Positions 9,100-18,552 of a stretch of DNA of 64,000 nt are shown piece after piece. This DNA is from Pyrodictiaceae archaeon. GTDB lineage: Archaea > Thermoproteota > Thermoprotei_A > Sulfolobales > Pyrodictiaceae. Every line of letters begins with the position of its first letter. The stretch's first letter is position 1. Below the pieces are notes generated by a model. The model searched no databases and was not told where the DNA came from. It saw only the letters and a program-made list of their open reading frames with translations. Location: NCBI GenBank assembly GCA_027036135.1, contig JALVSY010000016.1, positions 472,645 through 536,644 of the forward strand, in the 5' to 3' direction. Made by a program: the position numbers and the translations under genes.

Positions 9100-10260
9100 T
9101 TATTGTATCCTTGCTACGGGTGTTTTGCCGAAGTCTCCTATCTCTATCCATTCGCCTGGCTCCGCGTCCACGGCTACTATTCTTACTCCTAGTGGTTTCT
9201 CTTTGAGGTTGGCGGCAGTGGTTATCTCTGCTAGTATTGCTGCTGTTTTCTCCCTGGTCCATTGCCTCTTGGGTACTAGTACCATGTCTAGCCCTGCTAC
9301 GCACGCATAGGTTAGGTGGAGGAGCTTGTAGATGTTTAGCTCGTTGCTCGCTACCCGCTCTTTCAGCACGTTGTCCTCTGCTACTGGTAGCATTACCTGG
9401 TTAAACCCGGTACAGGTGACGTCTAGGCATAGTTCCTCTATTAGCTCCTCTATCTCCCTAATAGTGGCTGCTACCCCTATCTCTCCTATCCTCTGCCCCG
9501 CTACCTGCTCTACTACCCTGGCTACGCTCTGCTCCATCCAGGGCGAGAGCGATAGGTCTAGGCCCCGGTACTCTAGGCCAAGCTCCTCAGCGATATCCAT
9601 TAGGTTCTCCTCTAGCTCCACGGCTAGGTCGCTTACATCGTTAAAGCCCTCGTAGAGGTCTCTGCCCTCTAGCATCCTCGGGTAGAGCAGGGACGCGCTG
9701 AGCCCATGGACGGGTCCTAGGCTGGACCCCGCGGGGAAGTAGGGTGACTCGATGAAGCCGGGCACGGCTATAGCGAAGCGCGCTGCCTTGTCGGGGTGCC
9801 TCGCTACCTCGTAGAGTATCTTGGCGGCCTCCTCTATGGGTGCTGGTGTTGCTATGCTAGCGTAGACCCGGGGACCGAGCCCAAGTACCTCCAGCACCTG
9901 CCCGGGCCCAGCATCGACAGCCTCAGCGTGGAAGACGGAGTAGTAGACATCGGTGGCGAATGCGTCCCTAGCCTCCTTTAGTAGCTCAATGGTCTTGCTG
10001 GCTGGTAGGGGTGAGGGGGGAAGAGTTACACGTATACTATCTACGCGTAGCCCCATCTTCTCCTCAACCAGCTTCGCGGCCCGCCTAGCCTTCTCGGTTG
10101 CACCCTCTATGACGCTGCGAAGAGTATCCCCGTCCCACTCGGGTACAGCTGCATGGACAACTATGGCCCTTATCTCTGCCTTCTCTGGCCTCAACGCTGT
10201 CCAGGCCTCCGTTACCTTAGGGGCCGTGAACAGAAAATATGCCCCTCCCCCTGCTACCAC
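9100..10260 (-). CDS. DUF711/UPF0210 family protein
   Basis: SPYFP, GLDLSLSPW, GFNQVMLPVAED, CVAGLDM motifs. Confidence 0.85.
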   Translation of the reverse strand: MVAGGGAYFLFTAPKVTEAWTALRPEKAEIRAIVVHAAVPEWDGDTLRSVIEGATEKARRAAKLVEEKMGLRVDSIRVTLPPSPLPASKTIELLKEARDAFATDVYYSVFHAEAVDAGPGQVLEVLGLGPRVYASIATPAPIEEAAKILYEVARHPDKAARFAIAVPGFIESPYFPAGSSLGPVHGLSASLLYPRMLEGRDLYEGFNDVSDLAVELEENLMDIAEELGLEYRGLDLSLSPWMEQSVARVVEQVAGQRIGEIGVAATIREIEELIEELCLDVTCTGFNQVMLPVAEDNVLKERVASNELNIYKLLHLTYACVAGLDMVLVPKRQWTREKTAAILAEITTAANLKEKPLGVRIVAVDAEPGEWIEIGDFGKTPVARIQ

Positions 10261-10420
10261 GTGTCGTAATGAAGGATGCTATGTTCTCGCATGGGCGCCG
10301 AGAAGAGCTTGCCCTACACTAATATATACTAGAATAAGTATAAATAACTATCCTCTATCTAGGTATAGACCAAATACTTATGTACTAGATAATAGTATTG
10401 GTAATAAACGGTGAGTAGCT

Positions 10421-10858
10421 GTGGCCGAGAAACCGGTTAACCATGAGAGGCTGCAGAAGCTACAGGACGAGCTAAGAAGCCTCATAGCCCAGGCCGACCA
10501 GCTAAGAGCCCAAATAGACATAGTGAACGCGACGATACAGGACCTAGCAGCGAGCATAGAGGTCCTAGACTATATAAAGAAGTATGGCGAGGGCAAGACC
10601 GTACTAGTACCGATAGGCGCTGGTAACTTCATACGCGCAAAGATAGAGAAACCAGACAAGGTAATCATGGGTGTTGGCGGTAGGCTCAGCGTAGAAGTAG
10701 ACATCGATGACGCGAGGAAAATGATAGAGGAGAGGATAGGCACACTCGAGAGCCTAAGACTAGACCTTCTAAGAAAGCTAGAAGAAGTTAATAGGAGAAT
10801 CAACGAGATACTACCACAGGTAGAGCAACTAGCCCGCGAAGAAGAGAAGAAAGCCTAA
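10421..10858 (+). CDS. pfdA: Prefoldin alpha subunit
   Basis: Coiled coil with [15 protein letters not shown] and VIMGVGG hairpins. Confidence 0.9.
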   Translation: MAEKPVNHERLQKLQDELRSLIAQADQLRAQIDIVNATIQDLAASIEVLDYIKKYGEGKTVLVPIGAGNFIRAKIEKPDKVIMGVGGRLSVEVDIDDARKMIEERIGTLESLRLDLLRKLEEVNRRINEILPQVEQLAREEEKKA

Positions 10859-10955
10859 GAGAGCACATCGGCTTCGTAGAGCCTTTTGTAATGCTTTTTC
10901 CTCGCCAATTACCAATCCCCCATTTCTGTTTCTACTAAGTCTCTTGTAGAGGGGT

Positions 10956-11279
10956 ATGGAATTGAACAGCAGCGTGAGCGTTGAGAAGCTAGTCGAGGCT
11001 CTTAGGAGCCTTGAGGCCCTGCGAAGAGAAATAGTAGCTATTCGCTCACGGCTAGCCGAGATACGCGAGGCAAGGAAGATACTTGAGGAGAAGAAACCAG
11101 GCACCATTTTTCGGGAAATAGGGGGACTCGTAATCGAGGTAACCCTGGACGATGCGCTGAGCTATCTAAGGGACGAAGAGGAGCTACTAGAGACGAGACT
11201 CGCGAGGCTGGAGGCAGAGGAGAAGAAGCTCCGAGAAGAAATAGCTCGGCTCGAGAAGGAACTAGGGCTACGAAGATAA
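10956..11279 (+). CDS. Prefoldin beta-like subunit
   Basis: Coiled coil with single hairpin IFREIGGLVIEV; adjacent to alpha. Confidence 0.75.
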   Translation: MELNSSVSVEKLVEALRSLEALRREIVAIRSRLAEIREARKILEEKKPGTIFREIGGLVIEVTLDDALSYLRDEEELLETRLARLEAEEKKLREEIARLEKELGLRR

Positions 11280-11317
11280 GGCCCCCGGGGACTAGGTAAT
11301 GTAGCAACGAGGAGTAA

Positions 11318-11406
11318 GTGAAGATTCTCCGTGATGTGGAGGGCTGTAGCCGCGTCACTGATGGGCCGCTGAGCCCTCTCCCTGGGCGGTGACGTGGCGA
11401 GGGACA
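11318..11406 (+). ncRNA. Candidate small guide/structured RNA
   Basis: 12-bp stem 11349-11360/11387-11398 (G-U pairs), internal hairpin, CTGA and TGATG motifs, terminal ACA. Confidence 0.3.
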
Positions 11407-11505
11407 ACCGAATCTCCGGGTCGTCCAGGGTTCTTGCATATTCCTTGGGGCTCTTGTCCCTAAATTTAGGGCTCCTTGTACTATGCTTAGTTCTGGGACC
11501 TGGTT

Positions 11506-11907
11506 GTGCCTAGGCGTTTCAGCGACTGGCTTCGACAAGCTAGGCGAAACCTCTTGTCTGCTGAAATTAATGCCCAGCACGGGCTCTACGAGGAAGCTTG
11601 TTACGAGTCTTACCAGGCAGCGGAGAAGGCGCTTAAGGCTCTCCTGCAATGGCTTGGCATAGAGAGGCGTGGCCATAGCCTCGTGTTTCTCATGCGTGAA
11701 GCCGAGGCCCGGGGCACCCGGGCTCCGGATAGTGTGAGGCGCTGTCTCTTCGCTCTCGATAAGCACTATATTCCTTCCCGCTACCCGGACGTGTATGACG
11801 AGGGTGCCCCTGCTGATTACTACACGGAGGATGATGCTAGGAGCTGTATTCAGTGTGCTAGAGAGGTCTTGGAGTGGGTAGAGAAGCTTGTTAAACAATC
11901 TATGTAA
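11506..11907 (+). CDS. HEPN domain protein (HEPN-MNT pair 3)
   Basis: QAAEKALKA, RGHSL, HYIPSRYPD. Confidence 0.92.
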   Translation: MPRRFSDWLRQARRNLLSAEINAQHGLYEEACYESYQAAEKALKALLQWLGIERRGHSLVFLMREAEARGTRAPDSVRRCLFALDKHYIPSRYPDVYDEGAPADYYTEDDARSCIQCAREVLEWVEKLVKQSM

Positions 11908-12265
11908 CAAGTATAAGCGCTATAGGCCCAGACTTGTGGTACTCTTTGGCTCAAGGGCTCGAGGGGACTGGCTAGAACACAGCGACTACGACGTACTAGT
12001 CGTTGCTGATGAGCTACCAAGTGATCCACGCGAGGCCTTCGCAGTCCTCTATGATCCTAGAGAGCCTCTCGTAATGCCTATCGGTATTAGGAGTGATAGG
12101 TTTCTCGAGAGACTCAGCAGAGGGGACACATTTCTCCTAGAGGTAATAGAGGATGGGAAAATAATTTGTGCAGACAAGGGTTTCCTCGAGAAAGTCATGG
12201 AGGTCTACGAGAGGGTTAGGAAGCGTTTCACTCGACGAGGACGTGCATGGATAAGACTTGGCTAG
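11888..12265 (+). CDS. Minimal nucleotidyltransferase (MNT)
   Basis: LFGSRARGD...SDYD. Confidence 0.9.
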   Translation: MLNNLCNKYKRYRPRLVVLFGSRARGDWLEHSDYDVLVVADELPSDPREAFAVLYDPREPLVMPIGIRSDRFLERLSRGDTFLLEVIEDGKIICADKGFLEKVMEVYERVRKRFTRRGRAWIRLG

Positions 12266-12282
12266 CTTCTCTAGCTGTATAT

Positions 12283-12409
12283 TGTTCGCCTGGTACCTGT
12301 TACTTGGTCATGGACTTGGTTACTGATTTCTCGAACATTTGTTCGCATCTTCTTTCTATTACTTGATGGTTTGTTTGATTAGTTGTTCGTAGTATGTGTG
12401 TATTGTTCG
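12283..12409 (+). promoter_or_regulatory. Palindromic operator CGAACA-TT-TGTTCG plus TGTTCG half-sites upstream of amt
   Basis: Palindrome 12332-12345; half-sites 12283, 12384, 12404; TATA-like TTTTATTT at ~12426. Confidence 0.55.
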
Positions 12410-12471
12410 TTTTGTATGGTAAGGCTTTTATTTGCCTGTACAGCTCTGCTCCGTGTCTAGGTGCTGGGGTA

Positions 12472-13698
12472 GTGACTAGTGTATCTAGTGGCGATACTGC
12501 GTGGGTGCTGGCCTCAACGGCTCTAGTTATGCTTATGACGCCTGGCCTAGCACTGTTCTATGGCGGGCTTGTTCGGAGGAAGAATGTTCTCAGCGTTATG
12601 ATGTACTGTCTCGGGGCCTATGCGGTCGTCTCTCTGGTCTGGGTGTTGCTGGGATTCTCGCTAGTCTTCGGCAGGGATCTCCACGGCTTCATAGGGAGCC
12701 TAGGGTATGCTGGCCTCCGCGGACTAGGCATTGGAACTGTGTGGCATGGGACACGTATACCCGCTTTGGCTTTTGTCGGGTTCCAGTCAGTGTTCGCGGC
12801 CATAGCCACGGCTATCATAGCCTCCGCTATCGCCGAGAAGGGTAGGGTGGATTCGTGGCTCCTCTTCTCAGCGCTATGGGTGCTCCTCGTCTACAGTGTC
12901 ATAGGTCACTGGCTATGGGGTGGTGGCTGGGCCTCTAGGCTCGGAGCAATAGACTTCGCCGGGGGCATGGTGGTCCACATCGCTAGCGGGTTCTCAGCAC
13001 TAGCACTAGCTCTCGTCGCTGGTAAAAGGAGGGGCGTGAACAGCGTAGAGCCTGTTCCCCATAACTTGCCGCTCGTCTTGACGGGTACTGGTCTCCTATG
13101 GTTCGGGTGGCTAGGCTTCAACGCTGGCAGCGCCCTGGCGGCGAATGGTTTGGCAGCTAATGCTCTCCTGGTAACCAATATCGCTGCTAGCGCTGGTGGC
13201 CTGGCATGGGCGCTGGCAGCCTGGCTTAACCACGGTAGACCCGGGAGCGTTGCTTTCGCCAGCGGCGCTGTGGCGGGTCTCGTGGCTATAACGCCTGCGG
13301 CTGGCTATGTCGGGCCACTAGCAGCGATGCTTATTGGTGCTGTGGCTGGTATGTGGAGCTACTACTGGGTCTCCTACAGGATAAGGCACGGCCTAGACGA
13401 GGTCCTCGATGCCTGGGCTGTCCATGGCATGTCGGGTGTCTGGGGAAGCATAGCGACAGCGATATTCGCTGACCCATCCGTGAACAGCGTCAAAGGCCTA
13501 ATCTATGGCAACGTTCATCTCTTCCTAGCACAGCTCGCTGCCACAGCGGCTAGCATTGCCTGGGCCTTCGCGGCATCGTATGCACTGGCCTGGCTAGTGG
13601 CGAAGACGCTGGGATGGAGGATACCAGAGCAAGCAGAGTACATAGGCCTAGACTTATCAGAGCTCGGCGAGGAAGCCTACGAGACCCTACCAAGCTGA
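12472..13698 (+). CDS. amt: Ammonium transporter
   Basis: MTPGLALFYGG, DFAGGMVVH, WFGWLGFNAGS, AVHG; multi-TM; likely GTG start 12472. Confidence 0.97.
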   Translation: MTSVSSGDTAWVLASTALVMLMTPGLALFYGGLVRRKNVLSVMMYCLGAYAVVSLVWVLLGFSLVFGRDLHGFIGSLGYAGLRGLGIGTVWHGTRIPALAFVGFQSVFAAIATAIIASAIAEKGRVDSWLLFSALWVLLVYSVIGHWLWGGGWASRLGAIDFAGGMVVHIASGFSALALALVAGKRRGVNSVEPVPHNLPLVLTGTGLLWFGWLGFNAGSALAANGLAANALLVTNIAASAGGLAWALAAWLNHGRPGSVAFASGAVAGLVAITPAAGYVGPLAAMLIGAVAGMWSYYWVSYRIRHGLDEVLDAWAVHGMSGVWGSIATAIFADPSVNSVKGLIYGNVHLFLAQLAATAASIAWAFAASYALAWLVAKTLGWRIPEQAEYIGLDLSELGEEAYETLPS

Positions 13699-13721
13699 GA
13701 CGCTGCGGGGTGGCCCGGAGA

Positions 13722-14075
13722 GTGTCTAAGCTAGTTATAGCGTTCATCCGCTCAGAGAAGCTCGAAGCAGTCAAGAAGGCACTCGAGGCTATAGGCGTGC
13801 CGGGTATGACCGTGCTAGAGGTTCATGGCCGTGGCGAGGAGAAAGGCATAGAGCTAACCTACCGGGGCAAAAGGATACACATCGACCTTATCCCAAGGAT
13901 ACAGCTAGAAGTCATAGTCGATGACGACTCCTTGGTAGATAGGGTCATCAACGCCATCGCTGGGGCAGCTTATACGGGCAACCCTGGTGATGGCAGGATA
14001 ATAGTGCTGGGTATTGAGAAGAGCTTACGCATCCGCGAGTACGGCGCGAAGCTATCTGCAGAGAAGCATGCCTAG
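13722..14075 (+). CDS. glnK: P-II nitrogen regulatory protein
   Basis: AFIRSEKL, T-loop GRGEEKG..YRG, TGNPGDGRI; directly after amt. Confidence 0.93.
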   Translation: MSKLVIAFIRSEKLEAVKKALEAIGVPGMTVLEVHGRGEEKGIELTYRGKRIHIDLIPRIQLEVIVDDDSLVDRVINAIAGAAYTGNPGDGRIIVLGIEKSLRIREYGAKLSAEKHA

Positions 14076-14606
14076 CTCTACTTTGTTCCCAGGCTGTTGC
14101 CCAAGCTTAGCAATAGAGCCTCACAGACAGCTATGAGAGAGCTACTTGCGAGCTGATAATTACGTCAGCTCCTAAGATCTGAGCAGTTGCTGATTCCGCT
14201 CTAGTGCTCCAGCCTCTATAGGGCCCATAAGCACTTATCGCTCTACTTACCCTTATACTACATAATCGTTGAGCGAGGCCTCGTAGAGCGTATAGCTCAT
14301 GGCCTTGATAACAGTGCATCACTCGATTATCTCAGTAGCGGGCTTTATGGCAATTATTCGTTCCCCGTACCTGCTCAACGACATGGTTCTGTTATGTTTA
14401 ACTTGCTTTGTCCAAAGCCTAATGCCTACATGTGTACGCGGGACAAGAAAACCCATATACATGCAAGGAGCTTAAAAACGGAATAGGTTGAAAAACGAGT
14501 CCTGCACGAAGTCTATTTCTTTGAGGCAAGAATATGGAATATAATTTATACACGCGTTAAAAATATAAATGATATATTTGTTTAAAGCCCGTTCCGGGAA
14601 TGAAGT

Positions 14607-15848
14607 ATGGCATCAATGCAAGTATTCCTTCGCGAGTCGCCGATCAAAAAAGAAATTCCCTTGTTACTATCAGCTCTTGTAATCCTCGTAATAGCTGGGA
14701 TAATCGGAATATCGTATTTATCTACTTTAACAATTCATAATCCGATAATAAATAATAGTTGGCTAATTAAGCTCTACGGAGCGCATTGGTTCTTCGCAAT
14801 AATGGGTTTTACTGTTGGGCTAATTTCTTCAGAAATAATGGTGCTCTTGTCGCTTGAATGGAGCGGTCGTATGGCTTCTCAATACACCATATTGTTGTTC
14901 TTAGCATTATTCTGGCCAGCTATGATACTGTATCCACTAGGTTACACTAAATTAGCGCTTATCCTCTCTGTTATTTACTTACTGTTTCTCTTCATATATG
15001 CGTCACGTGTCCTATTAGCTCCCTCCTTGATGGGGTTCAAGCCAACTCACTATAACTATTTATTAACAGCGACACCCCTGCTCTTGGCTGCCTTAGTTAC
15101 TTCATGGCTAGTAGCAAGGGTAGAAGGCAGAACGCTATTTAACTTGGCAATGGCTACTACATCATTTCCAGTGCTGACCATAATAGCTATCGAAGGAAGG
15201 GATATACCGCTTCTTCTAGGCATAAAACCGACACGTGAATTTGTCCTAAGGAAAAAGAAAGCATTATCTAGAAGAGCAGTTACAGCATATGTGTTAGCGT
15301 TCCTAGGCATATTGATGGCGTCCTTTGAAGATACTTTAGGTCTGCTACTAGGCGGTATAACTATTATACTATCAGCATTATTCTCTATATTTAGTACGGG
15401 TCTTATGGAGGCATTATCTCCTCAAGGGTTATCAAGTAAAACTAGGCGTGGTCTCTTCTATACTGTTATCTTAGCACAAATATGGTTAATTATAGCCGGG
15501 ATATCTCTAATTGTGGCATCACTAACTAATTATCATATGGCTATCGATATGGCTGTGCACAGCATAACATTGGGCTTTATGTTCAACACTATATTCGGGG
15601 TTGACTCGGTCCTGCTTTATGGGCATGCAGGAATACCATTAAGCATGGTTCCGGAACCAACATTTATACCAGTAATACTGCTTAATATTGCGCTGGTGCT
15701 AAGAGCGTTCTACGACTTGGCAGGAATAGCTCCTCTCCTAGCAATGCTTTCGGGGCCTCTCGTGGGAATAGCTATTCTATGGTTTTATATAAGAAACTTT
15801 ACAAAAATAAGAGCAATATTGATTACTATAAAGAAAAATGTAGGATAA
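14607..15848 (+). CDS. NnrS-like polytopic membrane protein, low GC
   Basis: About 12 hydrophobic segments; HWFFAIMGF and AVHSITLGF resemble NnrS His motifs. Confidence 0.55.
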   Translation: MASMQVFLRESPIKKEIPLLLSALVILVIAGIIGISYLSTLTIHNPIINNSWLIKLYGAHWFFAIMGFTVGLISSEIMVLLSLEWSGRMASQYTILLFLALFWPAMILYPLGYTKLALILSVIYLLFLFIYASRVLLAPSLMGFKPTHYNYLLTATPLLLAALVTSWLVARVEGRTLFNLAMATTSFPVLTIIAIEGRDIPLLLGIKPTREFVLRKKKALSRRAVTAYVLAFLGILMASFEDTLGLLLGGITIILSALFSIFSTGLMEALSPQGLSSKTRRGLFYTVILAQIWLIIAGISLIVASLTNYHMAIDMAVHSITLGFMFNTIFGVDSVLLYGHAGIPLSMVPEPTFIPVILLNIALVLRAFYDLAGIAPLLAMLSGPLVGIAILWFYIRNFTKIRAILITIKKNVG

Positions 15849-15932
15849 AATAATATCATTCTTATATATAATATTTTTAATATTAAATTATAAAAATTTA
15901 TAAAATATAATATTATTGAAGAGAAGTTAAGG

Positions 15933-16973
15933 ATGCTTTTGCTCCGGTACTACTATTACCTAGTACCTGGTACTCAGCCACACCACCCCTGGGGGAGTAG
16001 GCTGGGGCCTCTGCCTCCTGGGCCCCCTGGGGCGCTATTAGCCTTGAGCAGCGACATTGTTGTTCTCGACGAATACATGGTGTTTAACGTATTATTGGCT
16101 GCCTCGCTCGGCGAGAGCATCGGGATGGCCGCTGTTCTCGGCGTCGACTCTCCGGGTATTCTTGTCTCCGGGCTCTATGCCTATGGTGCTATAACCGAGG
16201 CTATGATGATCCTAGCTGACAACATTGTTGATAATTGTGGGTTTAACCCGGAGGAGTATGCTGGTTCCTTGGCTGGTCGTGCTAGTCTCGATAACCCGTT
16301 GAGGATGTATGATCCGGGAACAGCGGAGGTCTTGCTCAAGGTTAGGAGGGGGGTTCCGTGGTGGGTTGCTCGGGAGCAGGTAAGTACTCCGAGTTCTAGG
16401 CTGGACGCGGCTGCTCGTGGCGTGCCGGTGGTACTGTTCTACTCTAATAGGCGCCTAGCAGCGACAATGGCTGTTGCCCAGGCCCTGGTCACCCATGTGG
16501 ATGAGCGAGACCTTGAGGCAGCGAGGCTGTACGCGCTAGCTCTCCACACAATGCTATACGCCGGCGTGAAGCCGGACGAGGTACCCCTGCTCCTCATGGA
16601 CGAGACCGATAACTCGTTGCTAAGAGAGCTCTTGGCTCGAATCCCGGACCTGCTAGATGAGCCGGAGCAGCGCGCCGCTAAGCTGCTTCTCCTATCGCCT
16701 TGTAAGTCGCCGCACCCTCTCGGAGTCGCCTTGTACACGGCGCTCCGCTACAATCAGCCAAGCATCGCTGCGCGCCACGCAGCAACCATATGTGGGCAGA
16801 GCAATAACGCGGTACCAGCAGCCTCGATGGCGGCAGTGCTAGCACTAGTGCTCAGCAATGGCGAGCTAGGCGGGGACAGAGTCATAGCCGAGAAGCTTGA
16901 GGCGTACGACGACCTACGTAGGAGGGCAGCAGCACTGAGGTGGGCGGCGCTTAAGTGTAGGAGCCAGTTATGA
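15933..16973 (+). CDS. ADP-ribosylglycohydrolase-fold protein with degenerate active site (start uncertain)
   Basis: LGESIG, R.YDPGT, AAARGVP, LVTH, SMAAVL follow the ARH/DraG motif order. Confidence 0.7.
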   Translation: MLLLRYYYYLVPGTQPHHPWGSRLGPLPPGPPGALLALSSDIVVLDEYMVFNVLLAASLGESIGMAAVLGVDSPGILVSGLYAYGAITEAMMILADNIVDNCGFNPEEYAGSLAGRASLDNPLRMYDPGTAEVLLKVRRGVPWWVAREQVSTPSSRLDAAARGVPVVLFYSNRRLAATMAVAQALVTHVDERDLEAARLYALALHTMLYAGVKPDEVPLLLMDETDNSLLRELLARIPDLLDEPEQRAAKLLLLSPCKSPHPLGVALYTALRYNQPSIAARHAATICGQSNNAVPAASMAAVLALVLSNGELGGDRVIAEKLEAYDDLRRRAAALRWAALKCRSQL

Positions 16974-17078
16974 AGGATGCCGGATTAGTCTATTCCTTGT
17001 CTTTCTCCAGCACCTAAATTAGGGTAACACCCGGCCTCTTACTCGGTGTAGCCGGGTAGCAAAGACCTAGTCGAGGCA

Positions 17079-17678
17079 ATGATTAATATGGGGCTTGTCT
17101 ACGACCTAGTAGTCATCATTGTGTTCGCGCTAGTGGGTGGAGCTATAGGCTACGTAACAAACGTCGTGGCTATCGAGATGCTTTTCCGGCCAAAGAAGCC
17201 TCGCTGCCTGCTCCCCGGCAAGAAGCTATGCATCCAAGGACTAATACCTGCTCGCAAAGAGGCTTTGGCAAAAAGGCTGGGAGAAGTGGCTGCCAAGTAC
17301 GCATACTCTGATACGATAAGAGGACGCTACCAAGAACGCCTAGAAAAAGAGGTAGCAAGCACCGTTAGGGACGCCATAGTTGAGCGCCTAAGTGGATCAG
17401 GTATACGCAGTGCTCTAACCGAGATGCTTCTCCCCGGTATAGCGGAGATGGTAGCCAAGGCGGCAACTCCCCTAATAATGAGACTAGTGGAGGAGGCATC
17501 AAAGAGAATAAACATAGCAGAAATAGTTGAAGAGGAATTCATGAACCTGCCTGTAGAAGATATAGAGAAAATATTCCGTCAGATAGCTGGCCGCGAGCTG
17601 CGCTTCATAGAAATAATGGGCTTCGTACTCGGCGCCATAATAGGCCTAGTAGAGGGAATCATAGCACTAATAGTCTAG
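17079..17678 (+). CDS. DUF445 family membrane protein
   Basis: IGYVTNVVAIEMLFRP, QGLIPARK, ELRFIEIMGFVLG. Confidence 0.9.
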   Translation: MINMGLVYDLVVIIVFALVGGAIGYVTNVVAIEMLFRPKKPRCLLPGKKLCIQGLIPARKEALAKRLGEVAAKYAYSDTIRGRYQERLEKEVASTVRDAIVERLSGSGIRSALTEMLLPGIAEMVAKAATPLIMRLVEEASKRINIAEIVEEEFMNLPVEDIEKIFRQIAGRELRFIEIMGFVLGAIIGLVEGIIALIV

Positions 17679-17769
17679 TCCTCTAGTAATGAAGAGCACC
17701 ATCCCCTTCTTTTGAATCATTACTCTCCCGGGGAACCACGTAGCCTAGCCTATCGCGTAACCCATTGTG

Positions 17770-18369
17770 CTAAGCCTCTTCTAGCACCTTAACTAGCTCC
17801 TCTATGATGCTCCTAACCAGCTTGTAGCGGTAACGAAACGCTTCTGGCGGCATGTTTGCCTCATAGAAGTTCTCGTGGAGCCTTGAAGCAGTGTCTACAA
17901 GTCTATAGAACTTGTCGCGTAGGTTCCCGGGCACATTGTTCTCTATGAACCTGTCTATCTTGCCTCGGCTCCAATGTATTACTGGTATGCCCCTTAGAGC
18001 TGCATAAAGCTTTACGAGAGCCGTGGTGGCTCCCCAGAGCTTCTCCCCAGCTTGAATGTAGTCACCTTTCTGGTAGAGTTCATCGGCTTCTGCAAGATAC
18101 TTCTCAAGGAGCCTCCGGTATCTCTCAGCACGAGTACGGGGACTCTCGTCCAGGCTTCTCAGCTCCTCTTCCACGTCCTCCACGCTCCAGCCAGAGGCCC
18201 TAGCTACCTCCTGTATCCATTCACGGTCATAGCTAGCTAGGGGCTTACCTAGCAGGAGCTTCCGATGTATATTGTAGAGCTCGGGCCATTCTCTCCGAAC
18301 AAGAGCCGCCAAGCTACTATGTGTTTTCGTGGCGCGGAGCTTCCTTGCCGTGTCCAGTGTTGTTTCCAA
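17770..18369 (-). CDS. PaREP1 family protein with N-terminal extension
   Basis: GDYIQAGEKLWGA, LHENFYE. Confidence 0.85.
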   Translation of the reverse strand: METTLDTARKLRATKTHSSLAALVRREWPELYNIHRKLLLGKPLASYDREWIQEVARASGWSVEDVEEELRSLDESPRTRAERYRRLLEKYLAEADELYQKGDYIQAGEKLWGATTALVKLYAALRGIPVIHWSRGKIDRFIENNVPGNLRDKFYRLVDTASRLHENFYEANMPPEAFRYRYKLVRSIIEELVKVLEEA

Positions 18370-18552
18370 GACTCTTAGGCCCCCTATAAGGCAGGGGGAA
18401 GACCCAATTATAACATTGTTGTATCTAGCGCTCCTAGGCCCGAGGCTGCTCCCGCATAGGCCAGCTAATGTTGCTAGCGTTCTAGTCCCCTAGGCGGTGA
18501 AGAGAGGTGAATCCTCTCAGCTCGTTGCTGATAGGGTCGCGTAGTACCAGCG

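Noticed and set aside
11038-11910. 290-aa minus-strand ORF
   Set aside because: Antisense to prefoldin beta and HEPN genes; no motifs
13722-14075. Idea that the neighbouring MNT modifies the GlnK T-loop Tyr
   Set aside because: HEPN-MNT pairs are abundant here, so adjacency is uninformative
14131-14460. Short ORFs or possible gene remnant after glnK
   Set aside because: Interrupted frames with no recognisable family
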